Origin: Macrostomum hystrix | Lineage: Eukaryota > Animalia > Platyhelminthes | NCBI GenBank assembly: GCA_950097015.1 | Contig: CATNEN010000039.1 | Span: 19,654,001-19,718,000, forward strand | Reading direction: 5' to 3' | DNA length: 64,000 bases | Part shown: positions 50,251 through 59,746 of the stretch, piece by piece | How the letters are laid out: every line of letters begins with the position of its first letter | Position numbering within the stretch: position 1 is the first letter of the stretch | Notes under the pieces: model-generated | The model's database searches: none | What the model saw: the letters and a program-made list of their open reading frames with translations, nothing else | What the model was told of the DNA's origin: nothing | Position numbers and translations under genes: made by a program

Positions 50251-50990
50251 TATCACTGTATTATCACAGTATAATTTTGGGAGATGACAAGAAAGAACGT
50301 CGATTCTAAGCTAATGGCTGTTGGTTTCATCCGCTTTTATGCTAAGTTTCATCCCACGAACAAGCCTGACGGAATCAATTGTTAATGTCGCGGGCGTCGG
50401 AAAACGAAAAAATTCTGAGCCTGCTATGACAGGAAGCTGTGAGGCTGTGTCAATATCCGTAGGTAACGTCGCCGCATAAATTTTAAATAAAAAAACACCT
50501 TCCAGGGTCCTAAGTTCCGTTTCTAAAAAGCAACTTTTTAGTTCGGCGTCGAAAGTTAGTTTTTTACCAGAGCTCGTAGGGGAAATCGATGCAGGAAAAA
50601 CGCTATTCAAAAGGCAAAAGAATCAAAAAAGAATATTTGAAAAAAATCCTGAGAAATTGCACGTGCAGTTTTTGAAACCTGATTAAATCAATTTTTTGCC
50701 TTTCACCAAGGGCAGCAGAACTCTAAACCAATCCATTGTGATTGTTATTCAGAGCTGGAAGTGTTATTCCATGAATCTTGATAGAAAAACACTCTAAAAA
50801 TACTTCTCTGTTCAATTCTCCATTGACTCCATTGATTATTTTTCAGAGAAACAAAATTTCATGAAATTATATAAAAATGTGTATAGATCTTTCGCGTTTA
50901 AAACAGTTTATACTTAAAAAATTAATAACAGTTTTTTAATATCAACTCAAATCTAATGTCTCAATATAATATTAGGGGCACAGCCGAGGA

Positions 50991-51213
50991 GTGCAATTTA
51001 CGGCCTTGAGGGCACCAACCTCCAGGCACAGTGAGAGTGCACAGTGCCTGACGTCGAGATGTACACTCATCGACAGGGCAGGGCAGGGCAGACGCCTGTG
51101 TGAGCGTGTGCCTGCGTACAGTATTTGTGTGCGTGTGTGCACAAGAGTCAGCGAAATGGGCAGAATTGCCTCCTCGCTGGCTGCAGGTCCACTGTGAATA
51201 AATTATGTGCCAT
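50991..51213 (+). mobile_element. SINE family A, 5'-deleted copy
   Basis: Matches the family A body and 3' region. Confidence 0.8.
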
Positions 51214-51674
51214 TGCCTAAAATTTCACTTCGAGGCAATGGCCTTGAGGCACTCGTCGGCCATTGCATAGAATTACGAGTAATTGCCCCGTGGCTATGGG
51301 GTTGTTGGAAATTTTAACCAATGATGCTTTTCGCCGCCGCTATCACTCTGTTGCGGCTACCGCCGCTCGTGACAAAGGCCATTGTCTTAAACTCTAACTT
51401 CCGATGAACTTAATTGCCTGCAGCCTTACTGTATTTTTTTTCTTATTTCAGTATTGCAATGGTGTGAGTACACCAGCATCTTAATTTTCAGAAGAGAGTA
51501 GGCGTTGCGGAAGATATTCACCCACGCAATTTCCCTGTCCGGCCTCGTGAATCCAGGGGTCTTGACTTACTTGACTTATCTGCAGGGCGGTCCGACGGAC
51601 GCAGCGGGGAGGCGGGAGTCGCCCATTCCGCTAATCCCTGAAAGACCCGCAATCGGCCGATGGCGCGGGGCCAG

Positions 51675-54600
51675 TCAGGGAGGTCCGTGTTCGGTCCTTC
51701 CTGCAGCTTGTTCCTCGCTGGGGAAGAAAGAGGCTCGTCTGGTAGCCCTTAGGAACCGGACGAGCCGCGGGATGTTCTCGGATCTGCAAACATCGTCCAT
51801 TGATGGGTTTGGTCCGAGGTGATTGAGCCTCTCTCTGGTGAAGAAAGGGCAGTGGCAGACGAAGTGCAGGGCATCCTCGTCCTCAAGGTTGCAGAAAGGG
51901 CACAGCTCACTCCGGAGGTCTCCACGGAGGAAACAGTGTCTGGCGTAGCAGCCATGGCCCGTGAGGGTCATGGTGAGGGCCCGGATGTCCTTCCGGGTCT
52001 GGTTCAGAAGGACCTTCCGGAGCCGAGCGGATGGCACTGGAACTGCCGCTTTGGATTGGCGGCAGTTAGTGGTGCTTCTCCACCGGGTAAGATGGAGGTT
52101 GGCGGTCCAATCATTAATCTGACGATAAATGACGGTGCTCGGAATCGGAGCCGGGGGGGAGGGGCCCGGCGCAGAGCTGGCTCCTCCCTGCTTGGCCAGG
52201 TGGTCAGCAAGCTCGTTACCAGGAAAACCGGCGTGCCCTGGTATCCACTGAAGTCTGACGGTATTCTTACCGGCCAGGTTATTGAGCTGCCGGACACAGT
52301 CGGAGACTGTCCGGGAGGTTGTGGTGGTGTGACAGAGGGCTTGCAGAGCAGCCTGACTGTCCGAGTGAAAGATGATAGTCCTGCCTGAGATGTTTTTCTC
52401 ATTCAACTCCGCAGCGCAGGAGCTGATGGCCAGGACCTCGTTCTGGAAAACGCTCGAGGATTTTCCAGTGTGTTGGGCGTGTGTGGCGACAACACGTCCG
52501 TTGATAAGGATACAGACCCCGAAGCCAGCGGAGCCATCCTTCATGGATCCGTCCGTGTAGCAGTGGATCTCCTGGGTGTTCCAGTGGTCGCTAACTTGGT
52601 CCCTGGTGGGGATGAGAACCTTAAAGCGCTGAAGGAGGTTGAGCGAGCACGGTTCACCGTCCGTAAGGACATTGATTCCGTTGCTCGCACCCAAGTCTCT
52701 CAGGCAAAGGTCCGTGTGCGGCAGGAGCTTTCGCTTCGCTGCCGCTCGTTGGGGGACGAAGCGCACACCGGCATCAAGGAGACGCCGGGCGGTTTTTGCC
52801 GCCTCCCCGCGGATAAAGATATCGAGCGGGAGGATGTTCAAGAAGGCGTTGAGGCCATCGAAGGGGGCGGATGGCGGGGCGCTCATGATCGTCCGACATG
52901 CGTGACCTTGCACTCTCCGAAGAGTCTCATGGCAGGTCTTAAGCTGAAGGGCACTAGCCCAGATCAGTCCGGCGTACGAGACAGCCGGCCTGACCATAGC
53001 AGTGTAGATCCACCATAGGCGTTTGGGGGTGAGACCCCACGTGTTGCCCACCGCCCTGCGCAGCTGCGCCAGGATCGCAAAGGCCTTTTTGGCTTTGGCA
53101 TGGACATGAGGAGTCCAGCTGAGCCTGTGATCGAGCGTTATGCCCAGGCATTTAGTTTGCTTCTGGAAGGTGATGTCCTTTCCATACAGCTGCAGGGGGC
53201 GAATATGCCATTTGTTTTTGCTGGTGAACATGATCGCCGCTGTCTTAGACTCGGAGAGCTTCAGACCGCAGCGAGTTGCCCATCTTTCGGCGTTGTTGAT
53301 AAAGTTTTGCAGAAGGTCTCGGAGGGCCTCTGGTACCGGGCCAGATGCCACTGCCGTAACATCATCCGCATAGCCGACCTTTAGGATGGGGTCTGGCTGA
53401 GAGTCTCGTAAGAGCTCGTCGATAACCATGTTCCAGAGAACTGGTGAGAGGACGCCGCCTTGTGGGCAACCTTTGCAGACAGTGACCGTCCGCTGGTGTC
53501 CAAGAAGGTGTGCCGTAGCAGTGCGGTGGCGGACCATGTACATGATCCACCTCCTAAGATGCGAATGCGTGTGCCGCATACGTAGGGCCCTGTCAAACGC
53601 CTCGAAGAGAACGTTGTCGAAGGCCCCGTCAATATCCAGGAAGATGCTCAGGGCAAAGCCGTTCCCGAGGACGGCCTTTTCCAGAGCGTCCACCAGAGCG
53701 TGGAGAGCGCTTTCGGTGGAACGTCCCGACCGAAAGGCGTGTTGATTGCCGCTTAGTGGCATATTTTTCAGCTCCACGGAGAGGAGGCGCCAGAGCACCA
53801 ATCTCTCCATCAGTTTGACCATGGTGGAGGTAAGGCTAATTGGCCGAAACGATTTAATGGAATGGTAGTCCGGGCGGCCTGGCTTGGGGATAAAAACCAC
53901 CCTCGCCTCGGTCCATGCCTTCGGAACATACCCAAGCACAATGCAGGCCTTAAGGAGCTTGCAAAGATTAGTGAGGAAGCCATGGCATTTTACCGCCTCG
54001 CGGATGAAGGCTGGTATAATGCCGTCCGGCCCCGGGGATTTGAAGGGTTTGAAAGACTGGGCTGCCTTGGTAACCCGGTCTTCAGTAATGATGGACGTCG
54101 CAAGGATATGACCTCCCTCGGTGTGATCCGGGGGGTCTGTCCCTGCTGGCACGCTGGGGAAAAAGGCTGTGAGCATAGTGTCGAGCGTTTCCCCAGGGTT
54201 CTCGGTGGGTCGGCCATCGGCCTTCCTCACCGTCGAAAGCTTGGACATTTTGTCCAGCGTGAGGGCTTTGACAATTCTGGAGGTGGGGCGAGTGCCCTCA
54301 AGCTCCTCACAGTATTGCCGCCACTTGCTGTTTTTGGCGTTTCTGACTTCCTTCTTGAAGCTATGGATGGCTTCGAGATACGCAGCCTGATCAGCCGGGT
54401 TTTTTGTCTTCGTGGCCCTGCGGTGCAGCCGCTTCGCCGTTCGACGGAGCTCGCCGAGCTGCGGATTCCACCATGGGGCCGAAGTTTTGCCTCTGTAAGC
54501 TTTGAGGGGGCAGGAGGCCTCGAAGGCGGTGGTCAGCGAGTTGGTGAGAAACTCAGCTAGCTCATCCGCTTCATCGCAGGTGTTGGCGGGGGGGCTTAGG

Positions 54601-55376
54601 TTTCGTTGGGTTCCTTCGAGGTTATGCCTGAAGGCTTCCCAATCGGTATTCCTAGCGTTCCTTTTCCAAGTGATCTGGTTAGTGCAGCGTGCACCCGCCA
54701 GTTGGAAAGAGATGTATTTGTGATCGGAGAGGGAGGTCTCCGGCAGAACCTGCCACTCCCTAAGGCTCTGGTAAAGCCCAGGTGTGGCTAGAGTGGCGTC
54801 GATGACCTCAGACCACCGGCCATTGTCAAAGGTCGGGGTGCTCCCTGTGTTGCAGAACTCCAGGGACGTGGTTAAGATGTAGGCAAGGAGGTCCTCGCCT
54901 CTCGAGTTAATGTCAGAGCTCCCCCAGTGGGTGTGGTGGGCGTTAATATCGCCAGCCACTATGAGCTCATAGTTTTTGGCAGCGCAGGTTTCAGTCAGAG
55001 AGATCAGCTCCTCAGGGACTGCCGGCCTGTCGCCCGGTAAGTAAACCGAGGCGATTAAGACGGTTTTTCCTGGGAGGATGTTCTCCGTCTGGATGACACA
55101 GGTGTCCCGATCAGAAAGGTCGGGTCTGTGCCAGGCGTTGAGGGAGTTTCTCACGAGGATGCACGCCCTGGGAGTTTGGTTCTCCCAGTGACGGCTGTTG
55201 TAGAGGCAGTGATACCCATTGGGTACATTTTGAGGCTTACCTTTATGAGTCCACGGCTCCTGGACGAGGATGAGACCCGGCATGTTGAGCTCGACACAGC
55301 GCATCAGATTGACGGATGCAGCTATGCAGTGTTGCAGGTTAACCTGCAGGCAGGTGATCCCAGTGTGGCCGATCAT
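51675..55376 (-). CDS. LINE ORF2: AP endonuclease + reverse transcriptase + RNase H + CCHC knuckle (1233 aa)
   Basis: QVNLQH, LVQEPW, GDINAH, SDH (endonuclease). KSPGPDG, RPISLT, GCPQGGVLSP, YADD (RT). YTDGS, HSDSQAA, WIPGH, GNELAD (RNase H). CPFC..H..C. Confidence 0.97.
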   Translation of the reverse strand: MIGHTGITCLQVNLQHCIAASVNLMRCVELNMPGLILVQEPWTHKGKPQNVPNGYHCLYNSRHWENQTPRACILVRNSLNAWHRPDLSDRDTCVIQTENILPGKTVLIASVYLPGDRPAVPEELISLTETCAAKNYELIVAGDINAHHTHWGSSDINSRGEDLLAYILTTSLEFCNTGSTPTFDNGRWSEVIDATLATPGLYQSLREWQVLPETSLSDHKYISFQLAGARCTNQITWKRNARNTDWEAFRHNLEGTQRNLSPPANTCDEADELAEFLTNSLTTAFEASCPLKAYRGKTSAPWWNPQLGELRRTAKRLHRRATKTKNPADQAAYLEAIHSFKKEVRNAKNSKWRQYCEELEGTRPTSRIVKALTLDKMSKLSTVRKADGRPTENPGETLDTMLTAFFPSVPAGTDPPDHTEGGHILATSIITEDRVTKAAQSFKPFKSPGPDGIIPAFIREAVKCHGFLTNLCKLLKACIVLGYVPKAWTEARVVFIPKPGRPDYHSIKSFRPISLTSTMVKLMERLVLWRLLSVELKNMPLSGNQHAFRSGRSTESALHALVDALEKAVLGNGFALSIFLDIDGAFDNVLFEAFDRALRMRHTHSHLRRWIMYMVRHRTATAHLLGHQRTVTVCKGCPQGGVLSPVLWNMVIDELLRDSQPDPILKVGYADDVTAVASGPVPEALRDLLQNFINNAERWATRCGLKLSESKTAAIMFTSKNKWHIRPLQLYGKDITFQKQTKCLGITLDHRLSWTPHVHAKAKKAFAILAQLRRAVGNTWGLTPKRLWWIYTAMVRPAVSYAGLIWASALQLKTCHETLRRVQGHACRTIMSAPPSAPFDGLNAFLNILPLDIFIRGEAAKTARRLLDAGVRFVPQRAAAKRKLLPHTDLCLRDLGASNGINVLTDGEPCSLNLLQRFKVLIPTRDQVSDHWNTQEIHCYTDGSMKDGSAGFGVCILINGRVVATHAQHTGKSSSVFQNEVLAISSCAAELNEKNISGRTIIFHSDSQAALQALCHTTTTSRTVSDCVRQLNNLAGKNTVRLQWIPGHAGFPGNELADHLAKQGGASSAPGPSPPAPIPSTVIYRQINDWTANLHLTRWRSTTNCRQSKAAVPVPSARLRKVLLNQTRKDIRALTMTLTGHGCYARHCFLRGDLRSELCPFCNLEDEDALHFVCHCPFFTRERLNHLGPNPSMDDVCRSENIPRLVRFLRATRRASFFPSEEQAAGRTEHGPP

Positions 55377-56065
55377 GGTCCAGCGGGAGTCTCCTTGAGC
55401 AGCTCGTCCTCCTCAGACGGGGTCGGGCTGCAGACCTCCATGAGTAGCGGCGCGCCCGCAACCGCTGTGGAGGGAACGGCGGGAATTGCTGCGGAGAGCT
55501 GCTGCTCTGACCGCTGCGTGTCCCGGCCGCTCCACCCAACAACGGTGCAGTCGCTGCCGTCACTCGACGCCTCGCCCTCGGGGGTCGGGTCCGTGTGGAT
55601 GGCAGCCTCCTTCCGGTGAGGGGGATCCTCAGACCAGTCGGTGGCCACCGCTCCGTGGGTCCCGGCACTTTGCGGCTGGCTGGGAGGAAGGGAGGTTTGC
55701 GCTTTTGTAGCGCGGGAGCGCTCCAGGTGCTCTCTGAGCGCTCGGGCTTCGCTGAGCGCCCGCAAGACCAGGCCCGATTTGCGGTTGTTGCGGGCTGGTC
55801 TACGATCTCGGGGGCCGGATTCGGCGATGCGGATATTTTTGCCCGGGCGGGGGTCCGCGGACGTTGCATGCCGACACCCCAAGCCAGCCGGGAGCAGCAA
55901 AAAGGCACCGTTAGCGGCTGGAATACTCCCCAACCAAAGCGCGGACTGAAGTCCGGCAAAGCCCAGCAGCACGGATGCACTGGGGACATTAGAGGGTACC
56001 AAAAGGCCGGTACCGAGGCCTGCGGACTGGCCGCATACCCTGTTAGGGTCAAAGGGTAGTACCAT
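55373..56065 (-). CDS. Putative LINE ORF1 (about 230 aa, start uncertain)
   Basis: Its TGA overlaps the ORF2 ATG (ATGA). Basic stretch, short helical segment and acidic tail. No zinc knuckle seen. Confidence 0.5.
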   Translation of the reverse strand: MVLPFDPNRVCGQSAGLGTGLLVPSNVPSASVLLGFAGLQSALWLGSIPAANGAFLLLPAGLGCRHATSADPRPGKNIRIAESGPRDRRPARNNRKSGLVLRALSEARALREHLERSRATKAQTSLPPSQPQSAGTHGAVATDWSEDPPHRKEAAIHTDPTPEGEASSDGSDCTVVGWSGRDTQRSEQQLSAAIPAVPSTAVAGAPLLMEVCSPTPSEEDELLKETPAGP

Positions 56066-56575
56066 TTCCTCAGAGCCGTAGCCAGAGGTACCTGATCACG
56101 CACAGGTGCACGAAGCTGCGGACTGGCCGCATACCCTGTTAAGGTCAAAGGGTAACACCATTTCCTCAGAGCCGTAGCCAGAGGTACCTGATCACGCACA
56201 GGTGCACGAAGCTGCGGACTGGCCGCATACCCTGTTAAGGTCAAAGGGTGACACCTTTCCCTCAGAGCCGTAGCCAGAGGTACCTGATCACGCACAGGTG
56301 CACGAAGCTGCGGACTGGCCGCATACCCTGTTAAGGTCAAAGGGTGACACCTTTCCCTCAGAGCCGTAGCCAGAGGTACCTGATCACGCACAGGTGCACG
56401 AAAAACTGCGGACTGGCCGCATACCCTGTTAAGGTCAATGGGTGACACCTTTCCCTCAGAGCCGTAGCCAGAGGTACCTGATCACGCACAGGTGCACGAA
56501 CGTTGCGGACTGGCCGCATACCCTGTTAAGGTCAAAGGGTGGCACCTTTCCCTCCAGCCGGGGCTAGAGGTACCC
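56021..56575 (-). repeat. 96-98-bp tandem monomers (about 5.5 copies) in the LINE 5' region
   Basis: TGCGGACTGGCCGCATACCC recurs at 56021, 56117, 56213, 56309, 56407 and 56504. Confidence 0.95.
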
Positions 56576-57436
56576 AGTTTGGCCAGAGGCCCTGGATCCA
56601 GCGCTGTTGCCCATTCTGTCCGGCTGCCCTAGGGGCAGCCTTGAACACTCGCGGGGCGTGTACCCATGGGTCAGCTGACGGGACAGCGTGGAGGGATTCC
56701 TGCACCCGAAGGCACAGGTCTCCTTCCTGCCAAGCCTGCTCAAAAAGCGACTGCAGGTGTGAGGCATCGCAGACCTTAGCCCGTGGGCCTGGTCTGACTC
56801 ATACCTCACAGGCACTGTGTCCCGCCGGTGCGAGCGAATCCAGGGGTCGCTACTACTTTGTTAAAACTCTGACCGCGATGCAAAATATTGACCATGTCAG
56901 TTTTTTATCTTGAGGACCCAGCGACTAGGATCATAACAAATCGTTTTCCGCTTTGTTCGTTTGATTTCTCGGATTTTCACTCCATTATACAGATTCATTG
57001 TTTGCAACAGCAATGACGCGTGACTTGCAACTCATTGGTGAGAGGTCAAAGCGTTAGTAGTTTTTTTCACTCTCATTTTTGCTATAGCCTTCTGTGTTAA
57101 GAGACTGGCGTCATGTTTTCAACTTTGCTCTCACTTTTAGTCGGTGACGATGTTGCTGTCTATTTGCTACGTGCACAATTCGTTTAAAAGTTACACGAGT
57201 ATAGAAGGTCAGCTATTCAATGCGTTTTTTCTCGCAATCTAGTTTCATCGACTGTCATACGGGCTTGAAATACTTTGAGTATAAACAGCCATTGTGACAA
57301 AATAATTCCCTTTTTCATGCTTGCTTTTGTTTACGTTTCGCTTGCTGCCTTTGTGAATTCGGACGAGTTTGTAACAAATGTTTCTTTCCTAGCCAACAAT
57401 TATGCTCAGTCATGTTCTGTTGACCTCAGCGAGTTC

Positions 57437-58492
57437 TCACTTAATTAGCATTTCAATCTCCATCAACGAGTAATAGTAGCCGAACGGGTCTAGCCAAATC
57501 AGGCCTTGCCCAAACGAGGTGCTCAGAGCGTTTGGGTAGGCCACGTAGAGTCCGTTCGGGTGCGTGCGCGATTGCGTGCTGAACCACCACGCGCCATTGT
57601 AGGACGAAGCCGCATTTCCGCTCATGCCATCGTTGTCCCTGTCCTTGGTGGTGAATCCCATGCCGCTGGTGCTGGTGAAGGAGTCGCCAATGGAGGCCAG
57701 GCTGCTGGAGAAGCCGGACACACTCAGCTTGTACTGGCTGATTTCGGTGCCAACGGAGAAGCTTGAGTACTGCGCCCAGTTCTCGCTGTTGTTCCAGGAC
57801 TTCATGATAAACCTGAGCTTTCGCCCTCCGCTGGCCGATGTGAGCACGTGAAGCGTTTCTAGTCCTGAGGAATCAAGTTTGGGATGAAAATTTGGTCAAA
57901 CTGCAAATATGATTGAGTGAATTTGTCAGAAAGCCCCACCAATCCAGTAGTTGCCATCGGGTCCTTCACCGAATCCAGCCTTGTAGTCGGCCCAGTTCCG
58001 GTAGAAGTCAACCGAGCCAGAAACTCGATGTTGCACTGTGGCCCAGCAGTCCGTAGGGGCCTCGGAGCTGTTGTACTGTCAGGTATGGTGTTCAGAGTCA
58101 TTGCAGCGAACAATCGCATTGATATTTCATCTTAGGAATAGCAACTGAACTTCGCTCACCCAAACTGGCGTTTTATCCGGACTGATTTCTCGACATCTGA
58201 CAATGTCCAATCGTGGCTCCCGAAATTTGTAGCAGTTGCAGATGCGAGTTGTGGAATTGAAGGCAACTAGGTGTATCCCGGATGCACGGCCGGCCGCAGA
58301 TAAGCACTGCATGTTGGATTCGACTCGGGCTGTCGAGACCAGAGCACAGTCCCGTAGGCTGTTGTGACCTTTAATCCACTTGCTATCGCGTAGCTTGGAT
58401 GAATGCACAATGGCACAGTAGTTAGTTATCAGTGTTAAGCACAAAATAATAAATCGTTGATGAATTATTGATGACATTTTTAACAGCTTCAT
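57437..58492 (-). CDS. Secreted fibrinogen-related protein C (exons 58492-58160, 58075-57940, 57864-57437; about 298 aa; start may be the second Met)
   Basis: Paralog of A and B with the same intron positions. [37 protein letters not shown]. Confidence 0.9.
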
Positions 58493-59209
58493 CTGCTGAT
58501 TTTAGCTCTTAAAGATTTGCAATGCTTGGAAAGTTTCGTGGACGTTATTTATATTCCTAGCAAGCTTGTTTTCTCAAGTAATTTAAGGACGTAATTTCGT
58601 TTGAAAAGCTGATTTCAAAAATCATTTTTACGCTTCTACTATGTCAGTGTCAGATTGCGCGTCCGTGTCAGAACAATGGGTGACTACACAGGCCTCGCTG
58701 TTTAATTACTTTTTTTAATTATACTTTTTTAATCTAGACAACATATTCTGTGGGGAAAAGTTTACAAAAATCACGCTCAGTTGCTGATACTAATACTAAC
58801 TCGTTGGATTGCTTCCTTTGTTAAATGCCTACCAGTTAGTCAGGAATTACAAAAAGCAAAAAGAATTACGTCAGCGAAAAGGCTTCATAAGCTACTAGCA
58901 GTAGATAAGGTGTTGTTCGCTTGTGTAGTCGCAAATTTATTAATTCAAACAAAATTTATGTGAATGCATGTGTACAGAAATATAAATTATTAGATTAAAA
59001 ATTTTTCTTATTGGCCGTATGTATTAGTGGCGATGGCCTATTATGGTAGTGGCGCTTGCTTGATTGGTCGAGTTGTCCATGAAGGTTTGAACCATAGAAA
59101 AATTCAAATCGCGCTTGTGTATTTTTCCTTGAAAATCTGTCTTTAATAAACTTCCCGAGAAACGAAGTGTCTCGTCCTTCCTCTTCCAGTGGTCCTTGGT
59201 TCCGAGTTA

Positions 59210-59746
59210 AGTATAAGTTATCACCCACTTTTTTTATTTATTTTGGCCGGGAACGGCTGAGGACTCGTTTATTGGCCGAGGCGAAGCCGAGATAAGTCAA
59301 ACAAGTGGGTGATAATGTATTTATTCCACAGTTGAAGCCAGATAATTGTCACCGGACCAGATAAATTTCAACGGCCAAATAAATAAATGTTATCCCCCTT
59401 TTGCCCCGGGCGAGTGTCTATGTGACGCATGTTTTCATTTATTTCCCTAGGTAAATAAATCATTTATTTCCCGCTGCCCCGCGGGCTGATAAATTCGAGA
59501 CAACAACCATAGACTAACAAAAACTAGCAAAAAAGTGTAGCACACAAAAGCTACACACACCGAACGGGGGATACATATCATATTCCCCACTCATTTAGCC
59601 GTCTAGGGCCAAAAGCACTCGGTGTCTCGATCATTGACCTCGGCTTCGCCTCGGTCAATAAACGAGACACCTCTTGCTTTTGCCCGCTAGACAACAAAAT
59701 ATACCATTTATCTGGTCTATGGGCCAATCCAACTGGGGAATAAATT
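59210..59746. mobile_element. Degenerate foldback / non-autonomous DNA element
   Basis: Inverted pairs TTATCACCCACTT/AAGTGGGTGATAA, CCGAGGCGAAGCCGAG/CTCGGCTTCGCCTCGG and ATTTATTCCACAGTTG/CAACTGGGGAATAAAT. No TSD identified. Confidence 0.45.

Larger units (their letters stand above)
51562..56835 (-). mobile_element. Full-length non-LTR retrotransposon (LOA/I-group-like), 5274 bp
   Basis: 13-bp TSD GAATCCAGGGGTC (51549-51561, 56836-56848), 3' tail TAAGTCAAGTAAGTCAA, uninterrupted ORF2 with RNase H. Confidence 0.95.

Noticed and set aside
51819-55949. Plus-strand ORFs antisense to the LINE, and similar antisense ORFs over the catenin, ACE and FReD exons
   Set aside because: Shadow ORFs of GC-rich coding sequence with no recognisable motifs.
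55339-56448. 369-aa ORF with 32-aa repeats as the LINE ORF1
   Set aside because: Non-ATG start, and openness is explained by the 96-bp GC-rich monomers. The frame ending at the ATGA overlap is the better candidate, though neither is proven.
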